From Eledone cirrhosa (lineage: Eukaryota): a DNA stretch of 64,000 bases. A program made the translations under genes and the position numbers. The DNA is taken from contig OZ024742.1 in assembly GCA_964016885.1 (NCBI GenBank), positions 197,222,001-197,286,000 on the forward strand. The letters are read 5' to 3'. Below the pieces are notes generated by a model. That model searched no databases and had not been told where the DNA came from. It saw only the letters and a program-made list of their open reading frames with translations. Of this stretch, positions 10,096-23,937 are shown one piece after another. Each line of letters begins with the position of its first letter. Within the stretch, counting starts at the first letter, position 1.

Positions 10096-13000
10096 TCAGC
10101 TCAAAGCTTCATTATAGACAATATTCAGGGTTGTTCCTCTGTTAGTGGTATCAATTGCAAATTTTATACCATCAGGATCGCACACTCGAGATGCAACAAC
10201 ATACAGTTGCCCATGGCTGAATGCTGGATCATTCAAGTAGACACCGACTCGCTTGAAAGTCTGACCCTGTGCCTTGTTGACAGTCATAGAGAAGGCCAAA
10301 TTGACGGGAAACTGTCTCCTTTGCCAAATGAATGGCAGCAGATCTTCACTTGGTCTCAGCATGATCCTCGGAATGAGAACCGATTCCTCTCTGCCTGGGA
10401 GTTTAGCTTCTAAAAATCTTCCGTTAATCAATCTCTCAACAATCAATCTGGTACCATTGCAAAGACCCATTTTATGATTGATATTTCTAAGCAATATACC
10501 CTTTTTCAACCTCAAAATATGTGGGGGGAAATCCGGGTATTTGAAGTGAATTCAGATACTCAGTCGGAACATCCATATTGTTCTGCTGATTAAACTCCAT
10601 TGCATCCGCACTGACGGTCAACCATTCCTCTCCAGGAAACATTCCGGCTACTTGTGAATTTATTTCATCGACCGTTGCATTCGTATGAGTTAGAATAACG
10701 CGTTCCGATACCCAGGAGATATTCTGCCAAAAAGCATTCAAATTAGGGAAAACCCAGTCAATCAATGCTTGGCGGTCCAGTGGCATGACCAAATGGTCTG
10801 GGATTCTTACAGTCTGATTATCACCAACGTGTAGCAATTCATTGTTTCCCAACTGCATCAACCATCGGCCGTATGTCTCAACTTCTTCGTTTTGCCCGCA
10901 TATTATCGTGTAATCGCAAAACTCTGAAATGGCGCCACAACGGGGACTTTTTCAGACATACAACGACAATTTGCGCTCTTTGAGCATTCCTAACAATTGG
11001 TAGCACCTGTCTGAAATCGCCACCAAGAACGATAGTCTTACCACCGAATGGCAGGTCACTACCGCAGATATCTCTCAAAGTTCTGTCCAATGCCTCCAGC
11101 AAATATCTGTGTGCCATTGGAGCGTCGTCCCAAATAATCAGAGACGTATTGCGTATAAGGCCCGCGAGTTCACTTTGTCCTGTAATGTTACAGACACTCA
11201 ACTCATCCGGAGCAAATAGAGCCTTGAAGCATGAGTGGAAGGTCCTTCCACCACTCAGCAAAGTGGTGGCCACAGGGAGAGAAATCTTCCTCTGAGCTCT
11301 GACTGCCGATAACATAGTGTTGAAACAGAATGTCTTTCCGGTGCCTCCTGGAGCATCTATGAAAGCACAAAGCTGCTCATTAGTGGAAATCGAGTGGAGA
11401 ACGCCATCGACCACATACGTTCATCCACAATACGTTGCTGTTCTAGTGGATCAAACTGGAATAGTTCCCTCCGATCGAGTGGCAACCGTCTAAGCTGCAA
11501 TATCATGTTCAATGCTAAGACGCGTTGCCGCATTTCTTCATCAGGAATTGGCAAATTGAAATCTGTTAAACGTTTGAAATGAACTTCAAGCCGTTGCTCA
11601 ATATTGAGCAGAACAATAGCTTTCATCAAATTTTCATCATCGACCTGAAGATGATGCCTAAAATCATCAGCCATAATTCCCCAATGGCGTTCAAATAACT
11701 CTCTTGGACCGGCAGGATTGCAGAATCCTAGAATCGTGACAAACAACTGCCTTATTTGAGCTGGCATCTGTGTTGTTCCTGCAGCTTCCATGGCGTTATT
11801 CCATTCAGCGTCATCCTGAAGGAGTCCCAGATGCTGACACACAGCCTGGTATGTTTCATATTCCACGCCATTGATTGTTTTCAAATCAGCGAAGCTCTGT
11901 TTACCTCTCGAAAAATCATTATGCAACAGAATTCGGAAATAAAACACATCACCAGATGCTGGATGGACATTACAAACCCGTCCAATAGTCATGAATCTTA
12001 ACTTTTGTTTTCTATCATTCCATTTCTTTTCCTTCTTATCCCACGTACAGTGCGAAGGGAAATCGCAGTAGAGTTGCCTTTGATCCGGGTTCAAAGCATG
12101 TTCCTTATTATGCTTGAACCACTCAGTCAAATCCGTCTTAGGAAGTGGTGCGTTAGAAATTCTTTCGACACCTCTTCTAGTGTCCTGAAAACAGACCATT
12201 TGCCTATTCTCTAAGTGAACCGTAAGTTTCTGAACGCTGGGTTTGCGTTCATTGAGATCAAAATCGAACAATCTCCAGCAAGCTTCGCTAGATCCAATCG
12301 ATCGAACATCCTGGAACCTGCCAACTTCATCTCCTTGGTTCGCTTCCTCATTCCTGACATTGATCATTGCCCGATCATGACCTTTGTAAACATATTTGAA
12401 TAGATATTTGCAAGGTTTCACTGAGCTACAAATTTCCACATTAAAATGACAACGATATTTCATAATCAAATATGGATTGTATGGCACAACCCATTGATTT
12501 GTAACCTGTCGACCGTTTACATTTTCGACCAAACCGCCATGGGCAGGCGACCGTCTTCTGTATGAGGGATGAGCATCCCCATCGTTCCAGGAAGTGTTCG
12601 TGACAAAAGATTTCGGAAAGTGCTTACTGCATTGGCCATTTTTCATGCAAGGCGCTTTCCGATGTGCCACTCCGCATTGGTTGTGCATCATTGACTTTGC
12701 CACCAAGTTGCGTAGTGCCTCATTCTCCGGCAGTTCAGCACACACAATGCTGTCGACATCCTCAGCACATCTCAATTTCCAATCTCTATGTAAAATGATC
12801 AGCAAATGTGCATGTGGCAATCCTCTTTTTTGGAATTCAATTACGTATGTAAAAGCAACTATACCTCCAAAGATTCCCTCTTTTTCCACATCATCCATTA
12901 TCTTTTTCAGATATCCTTTGAATACTCTTGCCACAATATCAGGACGGTCCTTTGGCTGTTGTCCTGGCAAAAGTGCTTCCTTAATATCAGTCCATTCAGG

Positions 13001-14587
13001 ATTGCATGTAACCGTTATAAACAAATCTGGCTTTCCAAACTTTCTGACAATAGACATTGCATCCTGATAGCGAATGTTCATATATCTCGGGCCGCCGATG
13101 AAAGACGATGGCAAAATGATGCGTCGACCAATTTGCTTGTAATTGGCATCATCGGCTGTTATCGCATCCTGTATATTATTATACAATTCAGCTCTGATAT
13201 GTTGCTGATGTGTAGCTATATAATCTAGCCTTTGATTTTCGATCTTTGTGAATGCCATACGTTAATATTTCTGGAACAATCTGCTGGCTTGAAATAGCGC
13301 ATTTCTCTGTTGATTCCTCTTGTTCAAATGGAACGCGTAAAAGTCGCGAATCCAGTTATTGTGTCTATTGCCACCTCCCTCTTGATGCTGATTCTCATGA
13401 TCATCTAAATGAACAGACATGTTCCATCCATTTTCCCCTTTTGGGAATAAAAGAACATAATGCAATGGATCGTATGCCCTATTTGACACATTGATTGTCT
13501 TGAGACCACCATCTCTGCGATTGAGGACGATATCGCTCGATCCAGGCTTATCGTCCATCAACACAGCAACTTCACGAAATCCTTCAGAGGCATTATATGG
13601 CCGTTCGTGTTGATTCCTTGGCAGTGCGTCAGCCTTAATCACAAACGTTTGCTGCTGAAAATTTTGCAGTTCAGCCACCAACTTGAAATCCATAACATAA
13701 GGATTACACTGTCTAAGCCATGATTGCAAATCACGGATCAAATCACTTAACCTTTGCGGTCAAGTTCAGTTATATTTCCCGGCAACTTCATCCAACCGAT
13801 CCTGATATCCTCCTCCGATTCACTATAATCTGGATCGTTAACGTAAATTTGAACGAATCAAGGGCTCTCTCCTGGTGTAAATTCTAAATTACCGATACAA
13901 TGATACAAACGGCCTTGAATGACTACATTCGGTTGCCCTGCGCCACTCTCAAAACTTCTCATTAACTCTTTGCGATGCTAAAGCTAATGAATTGTTAATT
14001 TGCTGCGAATATTTGCGCAGTAATCTACCTCGGTCTCCTTGATCACCCCACATACTTAGTATTTTAAACTCTGGTGACTTCCCATTATCCGGCATTCGCA
14101 AGGGTTCTAGTTGAACTGTTCCTTTATGACAGCACATTGTGGTCCACGTCTTTTCGTGCTTCCAAAGCAATGCTCCCCAATATTGACATTCTGTTCGTCC
14201 ACCAATCTGAAAATGACACGGTTGCCATGATCCATTTTTAATATCATTCGTTCGCCTTTTAGCCTCTTTACTGGAATGAGGAGCACTTTGGCGACACATT
14301 CTCTGAACTTCTGTATTGCGCTGGCGCTGTTCAGCCAGCTCCTCTTCATCCATCGCAGCACGCCGTTGCTGCTGAATTCTGGCCATCTGCTTTGCTCCAG
14401 TGTTTCGTTGGCGTTGTTCAGCCAGCTCCTCTTCATTCATGGCGGCACGTCTTCGCCTCTGAAGTTCGGCGTTCCGATGGTGCTGTTGGCCCCGTTTTTC
14501 TTCATTCCTGGCTGCACGCCGTCGCCGCTGTAGTTCACTGTTTGATAAAGTCGAATTGCTTTTATTATCAGTATTCATTTCGAGCAA
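10096..14587 (-). pseudogene. Helitron RepHel (HUH Rep + PIF1-like SF1 helicase), disrupted
   Basis: N-terminal QRRRR repeats and CQYW..CC finger remnant; Rep motifs PDLFITVTCNPEW, EFQKRGLPHAH, KYLFKYVYKG; helicase GGTGKT, GDFRQVLP, LCNGTRL, QFPV..FSMTVNKAQGQT, FSHGQLYV; split into 6 ORFs. Confidence 0.95.
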
Positions 14588-15716
14588 TTGTCAAAAGATG
14601 ACACAATAATAAATATAAAAGATGTCCGTCAATGTAAAGAAAGGTCTCTATTTACTCCCTTCACAACTCTGTGTATGTTAGACTGATAGACAGGCACACA
14701 GACAGATAAACTGCGTGGCGAGTGTGGAACGCAACACACATACACGCATGGAAACGCGCACACGCACGCAAACTTACACACGCACACACTCACATATGTA
14801 GATAGTTTTTACTTTCTGTGGAACGCTGCACGCACGCACACACACATAAACATACGCACACGTACATAGACACGCACACATGTTAATAGTTATTGAACAC
14901 AGCGTTCACACTCTCCCCTCTCACTCCCTCATTGGCATTATGCATATTAATATAAGTTTGGCGTCGTTGAGGTGGGCGGAGTCGTTTGAAACCTATGAAC
15001 CAATGATAATCGAGAATTATGACACACGGAATACTGACGTTCTTGAAATTAATAAATAGATAAGATAAGATAAAATAAAATAAAAAAAAATAAAATGAAA
15101 AGGAAATAAAAAAAAAATTACTGAAGCGTTTCCGTATAACCGTCATGGATCTTTTGTTAGAGTTACAAGCTGAATTTATAAAAGAAAGCATAAAACTAAT
15201 AGTTTTTCACGTTCAAAGGTCTGGCAGGAAAATTAGTGTTGACTAAAATGTTTATCGTTCAAATATTCTTAGATCTAATCTAAGTAAAATAATATTTCTT
15301 TTACAAAACTTTGACCTGATGAAGTCATAGTTTCTTCCATTTTTAAATCTGTTAGTATCAGCATTTCTGAGATTTGAAGAGATTTTTTTTTGTTGAATCA
15401 GCATCTTATCATAAAATATTTTGTTTATTTTTCAGTTTAGTTATAATTTAACAAGAATTACGGTCAGAAGTTTCTGACCTACTGATTGTGAGCCACGCCA
15501 ATAGATGTTTTATGCAACACGACAGCTGGAATATCTCTCCGAAAAAGAAAATTAGTTTCCATCTGTATGTAATATGCACATATATATATATACATATATA
15601 TGTATATATATATCTATATATATATATATATGTATATATATATAGATATATATAGATATATATACATATATATATATATATGTGTGTGTGTATTTATATA
15701 TTTGTATATATATAAG

Positions 15717-15747
<31 letters not shown>

Positions 15748-15934
15748 GATTGTATGTGAGTGTTAAAGGAAACAGGATAAGAAGTCCCGTTGAGTTCGAG
15801 GCAGTAAGATTGAAAGTTAGGATGTTTAAGCTCTTCTCAATTGCGCACCCACCCCTTCACATACGGTCGTACATGCACACATGTACATTCACATATACAC
15901 CCATACTATCCACCTACACACTCGTACGTATATA

Positions 15935-15968
<34 letters not shown>

Positions 15969-16094
15969 TATATATGTATGTATATATGTCTGTATACATA
16001 TATATATATATATATAGGAACGATCGACTTTCGTCAAATCGGACCGAGGATACAATTGCTAATACTCTCTATCGGCCGCAACTCCAGGTAGAAG

Positions 16095-16211
16095 GAGCAA
16101 CGTGAAATAAAGTGTCTTGCTCAAGGACATGACGCATCGCCTGGTCCACGAATCGAACTCACAACCTCACGTTTGCGAATCGAACTCTCTAACCACTCAG
16201 CCACACGCCTT

Positions 16212-16213
<2 letters not shown>
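16095..16213 (-). mobile_element. tRNA-derived SINE family B (CORE-like) 5' part
   Basis: Minus strand GAAGGCGTGTGGCTGAGTGGTTAGAG...GTTCGATTC...CCTTGAGCAAGACACTTTATTTCACGTTGCT. Confidence 0.7.
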
Positions 16214-16250
<37 letters not shown>

Positions 16251-16296
16251 GTTCTATATATATATAATTACATATATGTATGCAAGTTGTGTGTAA

Positions 16297-17013
<717 letters not shown>

Positions 17014-17280
17014 TATATGCATATATATATATATATATATATACAGTATATGTATATATATATATATATAATACAGAATGGCCCAAAAGTCGCGATACAT
17101 AAAAAAATTATGTATGTATGTATATGTATGTATTTATATGTATGTAGACGTTTTACAGGGATTCCGTAAATCCCTCAAAAGTTCGATAATCGATTTATCA
17201 TTACTGATTTAAGGATGTATATCGATTAATATACAGGATCATTCAGTATGTCGTCCAGCGTGGGGTATATTATTTATTTC

Positions 17281-17461
17281 GTGGATTGGCAGTATCGGTA
17301 GAGCATCATGCTTTGCAGCATAGTGTGATGGCCCTTTACGTCCTGAGTTCAAATCCCGCCGAGGTTAGCTTTGCCTTTTATCCTTACGAGGTCGATAAAA
17401 ATAAAGTACCAGTAATGCATTGGGCTAATTGCTGGCCTTGTGCCAAAAGTAGAAACAATTA
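17281..17461 (+). mobile_element. SINE family A
   Basis: A and B boxes, core and tail match 8551-8748. Confidence 0.85.
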
Positions 17462-17752
17462 CTTTTAATTCAACCCACCTCCCGAACAAGACAACGGAAG
17501 TAATTTAGATAGCCTCCGATAAGACTGAGGAAAAATAATAAATTCGGTGTTGAATATAATGATATATGGTTTTGTTCAAACCACAAAGAGATAAAACGAT
17601 AAAAATACAAGATAACAGTAGTTTCTATCGTAACTAATTATTTATATAACTTGAAGTATACATTAAAGAATATTCCGTAAAGGCGCGTGGCTTAACGGTT
17701 AGAAGGTTAGGCTTACTTTTTATTTACAATTTAATATGTGTATATATATATA

Positions 17753-18288
17753 TGGTGGCTGCCAACTCGTTTTCGAGTACGGCCACTACTTTATATCCAT
17801 GTAGGAGAACCCCTACCGATGGGAGTTCAGCCAGCGACCTGAAAACTCTGGCACAAACACTACACCTGTGACAATTATTGACACACAGTGCTGGGCCCAT
17901 GGTACCATGTGACGACAAGTGCAGAGAGATCTCCAGATATAAAGCAATGCCTGTGCCGTGAAGCTTTTATAGTGAGCAAAGGCACTGCACAAAGCCAGTC
18001 CCACTTTCTTAACCAAGATGATATTTACCAAAAAGAAGAACAAGTCAACATCATTGAATACCATCAGGGTTGCAGGTGTTATATCAGAGTTTTCCTTCTC
18101 CTAGAATTCTCCCTTGACAAAGGCTAAGGGGTCATCTCTCCCGGTGATTTTGGATGGCCATTGACTCTTAAGAGCTCCTTTGCCCTTTGACAGGTTTTGT
18201 TTTTAGTCCTGCAGGATGTCCAAAGTCACCCTCCTCACCAAGAAAACTTGGTGGGGTTGCCAGTTTAGTCGCCAACGACTCGACCATG
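17753..18288 (-). mobile_element. bipartite non-autonomous RTE derivative (5'UTR + 3' end)
   Basis: RTE 5'UTR signature CTAGGAGAAGGAAAACTCTGA plus 3' C2H2 remnant HRCSVCARVFRSLA; flanked by (TA)n; copies at 22958-23220 and 35310-35750. Confidence 0.75.
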
Positions 18289-18334
18289 AATATATATATA
18301 TATATAGATACACACATACTATACATACACATAC

Positions 18335-18600
18335 ACGGGATCTTCTGACACAAGCCTGGGCAATATGTGTTCGTGGAAGAGCAACAGTCGCCCATGCATA
18401 TCCGTCTCCTCTCTCCACGTCACCGATATTATCCAAGGACAAGGCAATGGCGGATACAGCTTGGCACCAGTGACGTCGTAAGACATTTCTACAGCTGAGT
18501 AAAATGGAGCAACGTGAAATAAGGTATCTCGGCCCGAGAATCGAACTCACAACCTCCCGATTGCAAACTCAACTCTCTAACCACTAAGCTATTTGCCTTC
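18335..18600 (-). mobile_element. tRNA-derived SINE family B
   Basis: tRNA-like head at 18540-18600 and TATTTCACGTTGCTCC shared with 16095-16213. Confidence 0.65.
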
Positions 18601-18656
18601 ACACATATATATATATATATATATATGAGGACTCAGCTTTCTATTATACATATATT

Positions 18657-18732
<76 letters not shown>

Positions 18733-18782
18733 AGGTCGCTCTCGAGTGTTATGGAGAACAAGTAACTCAGTACAACCTGTCT

Positions 18783-19250
18783 CATGATCGGGTCGTCGGC
18801 GACTAAACCGGCAACCCCACCAAGCTAGCTTGGTGAAGAGGGTGATATTTGGACCCTGTGGGATGAAATAAAAGACCCGGCAAAGGGTGAAGGAACTCAC
18901 CAGAGTCAACGGCCATCCAAATAGTACTTTTTTTTCCACCTGGGAGTGAAAGGCCCTCAGTTGTTGTCACAACACCTTTATAGGAGAGGGAAACTCTGAA
19001 AAAAAAAAAAAATCCTGCGGCTTCGGAAGCATCCGATGATGTTGACCAGTTCTCCTTTTCAGGTAGTGTTTTCGATGCTCAGAGAGTGGGATTGGTCAAG
19101 TGCAAGGCCTTTCCCCACTTAAAAAATCTTCGAAGTACAGGCATTGCTTTTTCAGGATCTGTTACAGGTTCGGGTGGCTGGCCGTAGCTTAAAAGTGCAC
19201 CAAACTCTATAATCTGACAAGTGATTGCAATACTCTTAGCAGAGTTTGCA

Positions 19251-19257
<7 letters not shown>
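18783..19257 (+). mobile_element. diverged subfamily of bipartite RTE derivative
   Basis: GGCGACTAAAC.GGCAACCCCACCAAG head, GGAGAGGGAAACTCTGA motif and GAGTTTGCAGCCATC tail parallel those of 17753-18288. Confidence 0.65.
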
Positions 19258-19299
<42 letters not shown>

Positions 19300-19316
19300 G
19301 CTTCAATGGCTTCTAC

Positions 19317-19361
19317 AGGACTAGAATTGTTTCATTCGGGGAAGAAATCATCAGGCAGCCC
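19317..19361 (-). ncRNA. possible degenerate hammerhead ribozyme
   Basis: gggctgc CTGATGA tttc-ttcccc-gaat GAAA caa TTC tagtcc; stems imperfect. Confidence 0.4.
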
Positions 19362-19365
19362 ACTG

Positions 19366-19431
<66 letters not shown>

Positions 19432-19507
19432 CAAACACATATTGTGTAATGAAACACACACACACACACACACACAGCCATATATGTATATACATATATA
19501 TACATAC

Positions 19508-19539
<32 letters not shown>

Positions 19540-19578
19540 GTATACGTATATACATATATATATGTGTGTGTGTGCGTG

Positions 19579-19680
<102 letters not shown>

Positions 19681-20226
19681 TATATATATATATATATACA
19701 CGTATATATACACATATATACACACATATATATATATATATATAACGGTATGGTATGTGTGCTAAATACACACGCACATACTCTGGCATATTTTATGCAG
19801 AGTCGTATGTATAAATATTTTGTTAAAAACTCATATCATTTTGCTAATGAGTAGGAAATGTTAAAATATATAAATATGTCCTCCAGTGTGGGTGTGTTAA
19901 GATATAATATTGTACACTTTTGCCAGGCCAGAGAAATTTATGAGAGCTCCAAGTAGGATCCAGTAACGTCTAAATACAATATTTTACGATTCCGAGCCAA
20001 TTTCCACATCAACACTTCATGAAAAATATAATCTTACCAAACACGACTACCATGTTTTGGAACACCTTTTAATATCCATTTCATACTTACACACACACAC
20101 ATATACACATATATATATATATACATATATACATATATACATACATATATATATATATACATATATACATATATATATATATAATATATATATATAATAT
20201 ATATATATATTTGCATATATATATAA

Positions 20227-20340
<114 letters not shown>

Positions 20341-21529
20341 TATGCATATACTTGTACATATGAGGGTAGACAGAATAGTTAATACGCTGACTATGAAGGA
20401 ATGTTGCAAGAACTGTTAAATCTTGCATGCATTAATTCCAACTCTTATTAATAACTGCATTGTTTCTATCCAAATAAATCTCATTTGGTCACTCCATGAG
20501 AGTATCTTGGTCAGCCGATCCTCTTATATATATATATATATAGTAATAATAATAAATTTGAAGACTAAAATCCAAAGAGGGCTCGATAAGGATAAATATA
20601 TATCAAATATATAAGAACCGTAGAGCAAATATTTATTAATTATATAATAAATATATATATATATATATATATATATCAATAATAATGAGTTCAAATCTCA
20701 GGCGATCATTTACAATGAAATAGCTCGAAGAAAGATTATTTCTGAGCCGTGTAATATAGGTTAACACAAATCAATATATTTGATAAACACAAATATCCTC
20801 ATATTTATGTTTGTATTGTAAATGACCAAGTTAGCTAGATAGAAATATACTAATAATAATATTACAGTTTGCCTATCATGACTTAAGATAATACATCATA
20901 AATCAACAAAAACAAATTGTATTGGCAATGGCCGTAGTGCTTGGACAAATTTAAATTTCAAAATCAAACCTGTTCCGTAGACAGGTTTAAACCTTAAAAT
21001 CCAAATATGTTTTGAATAATGAAAACGTGGAAGAAAATACCGCATTTTGATCTCCTCAGCAAGCACTATAAAAATTGGTATGTTCCACTTTAAAATATTT
21101 AGGAAGACTGTTTATATATATATATATATATATATAAATATATATATATATTATATATATATATATATATATAAGTATGTATGTATACGTACATACATAT
21201 ATGTATACAGACGTACAGTAGTATGTATATATATATACATACATGCACACACATATATATGTACGTATGGGTTTACCAAACATTTATTATAATGCTCGGA
21301 CACAGAAATAGCTGTAAAACAAAACCTCTCAATGAACGACAGAGCGCTCTACGGTTCGTTAAGATTTTGATTTAACCCACTTCTTGGTTATGATCATCGT
21401 AGCATCGGGCTGTTTTACACCTAGTTCTGTGTTCGAGATTCCTACAATTTTATAACGGTTCTTGTCTTCGACCTTCATTTTCTCGGATCTATTGTCTGTT
21501 CCTCCGTTGTGATCCCGTCCCTATTCTGT

Positions 21530-21566
21530 ACTCCTGAAGAAGGGCTTAAGCCCGACACGTCGAAAT
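21530..21566 (+). ncRNA. hammerhead-like motif with GACA in place of GAAA (PLE pLTR remnant ~21350-21630)
   Basis: CTGAAGA a gggc-ttaa-gccc GACAC GTC; related copy on minus strand at 56160-56195. Confidence 0.45.
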
Positions 21567-21763
21567 GTCTTTCCTCTTTCCAATATAAAGTGTGAAACTA
21601 ATAAAATTTGTTGTACCTATGTTTGTTGTCCCCTTGAACTATATATACATATATATACCCGACTAAGGAAACTTCTGGTTGAGTCTAACAACACCGAACG
21701 TTAAAACTATCCTCGATAAAGAGTACTCATAACCTCTTCATGGATTATCTTAAACGATTACTT

Positions 21764-21832
<69 letters not shown>

Positions 21833-21902
21833 GAGGGCAATCCCAAAAGTAAGGTCTCCTTTCAGACTAGAGAACTCTCAATGGATATATATATATATAT
21901 TC

Positions 21903-21978
<76 letters not shown>

Positions 21979-22004
21979 TTATATATATATATATTTATAT
22001 ATAT

Positions 22005-22248
<244 letters not shown>

Positions 22249-22359
22249 TAAACAGTTTTGCAAGAGATGTTAACATGAATGGACCTATTATTTTTATCTA
22301 AAGACATTTTTTCCAATTCCATACCGCCGTCCCCTTAATCTATTTTATTTCTCATTCTT

Positions 22360-22395
22360 TCTTCTGACGAAGGACTAGCGTCCGAAACGTTAAGA
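22360..22395 (+). ncRNA. minimal type I hammerhead ribozyme (solo PLE pLTR remnant)
   Basis: tctt CTGACGA a ggac-tagc-gtcc GAAAC GTT aaga; perfect stems I and II, palindromic stem III. Confidence 0.85.
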
Positions 22396-22482
22396 CCCTC
22401 TTCCTGCTATATCAAGCGTTAACCTAATATATATACCTTCCAGATACTGTACCGATTGTGTTGTTATTTCTGTTTACCTTTT

Positions 22483-22520
<38 letters not shown>

Positions 22521-22772
22521 TATATTATATATATATATTTACATTCATTTAAATTATTGATTTATTGATATTTTATTTGAATGACCCGAATCTTCCTGGT
22601 CGATCTTTTTCGGCTGTACGGGTGATTTTAGGCATAATCACTATGTGTTGGTAATTTAACGATGGTTATAGCTCTGATTTATCCAAATTATTGAGCCCTC
22701 TGCCACTCATATCGGATATTGTTTATCGTTAATTCGTGAGCTGATTTTCCGATACTCGATTATTCTATTATA

Positions 22773-22854
<82 letters not shown>

Positions 22855-22905
22855 AATGAAATAAATATGGTTTTATAAATATAGTTTCCATTTGTTAATA
22901 TATCG

Positions 22906-22936
<31 letters not shown>

Positions 22937-22957
22937 GTATATATATATATATATACA

Positions 22958-23220
22958 GAATTCTAGGCAGAATTCTAGGAGAAGGAAAACTCTGATATAA
23001 CACCTGCAACCCTGGTGGTATCCAATGATGTTGACTTGTTCTTCTTTTTGGTAAATATCATCTTGGTTAAGAGAGTGGGACTGGCTTTGTGCAGTGCCTT
23101 TGCTCACTATAAAAGCTTCACAGCACAGGCATTGCTTTATATCTGGAGATCTCTCTGCACTTGTTGTCACATGGTACCATGGGCCCAGCACTATGTGTCA
23201 ATAATTGTCACAAGTGTAGT
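22958..23220 (+). mobile_element. partial bipartite RTE derivative
   Basis: Near-identical to 35370-35620; runs into a degenerate HHR (CTGAAGAAGGACTAACGTACGAGAC) at ~23228-23262. Confidence 0.75.
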
Positions 23221-23326
23221 CATTTTATCTTCTGAAGAAGGACTAACGTACGAGACATTAAAGCTTTGTTCCTAGTATATCAAACGTCAAGCTATTATAT
23301 ATTTTAATTATATTATTTCGTTGACC

Positions 23327-23443
<117 letters not shown>

Positions 23444-23590
23444 ATAAGGAGTTGACGGACCCACCGTATTTATCAATGCCAGGACCGGTTGTATCTCAGC
23501 GTACTCAATAGGTAATGTATGATACATTCCCAGAGTATACACATAGTTATTCGCTTCAATACAACATGTAAACGGGTGCCTATAGTAGTT

Positions 23591-23701
23591 CCTGGACTCG
23601 AGTTTCGGTCACACTTAATGAAGCAGTAGGGTGCACTGCACCCTCTGTCTGCATATATTATGCAACAGTGCATAATCGGCGAATGTGGCTTCATCAGCGG
23701 G
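23591..23701 (-). ncRNA. hammerhead ribozyme candidate with expanded stem II
   Basis: cccg CTGATGA agccacat...(~85 nt, two internal hairpins)...gtgtgacc GAAAC tcga GTC cagg. Confidence 0.55.
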
Positions 23702-23867
23702 TATCGCCTAATCAATAACCAATCGATCGACAGAATCCAAACCCCAGCCCATGCCGGCTATGACTGTTTGTGACTGCCGACACAGTAAAGTGATTAGCAA
23801 CTGGAATCTGATACAACACTGTCCCCCGACCAGCCACCGATTTACAAACTTTACGTGGTGGCAGGAG

Positions 23868-23937
<70 letters not shown>

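Larger units (their letters stand above)
9207..15070 (-). mobile_element. autonomous-type Helitron, decayed
   Basis: 3' CTAG at 9207-9210 with subterminal GC hairpin (9218-9235) and T after CTAG on the minus strand; 5' A|TC candidates at 15060, 15065 and 15070; RepHel coding region inside. Confidence 0.85.

Noticed and set aside
10096-11414. Host PIF1 helicase gene
   Set aside because: It is contiguous with HUH Rep motifs and Helitron termini, and is frameshifted.
17888-18127. Recurrent 79-98 aa ORF MLGPWYH...LLEF (also at 22895-23191 and 35355-35594) as a small gene family
   Set aside because: It is antisense to a repeated RTE-derived element, starts at GTG, and recurs only because the repeat does.
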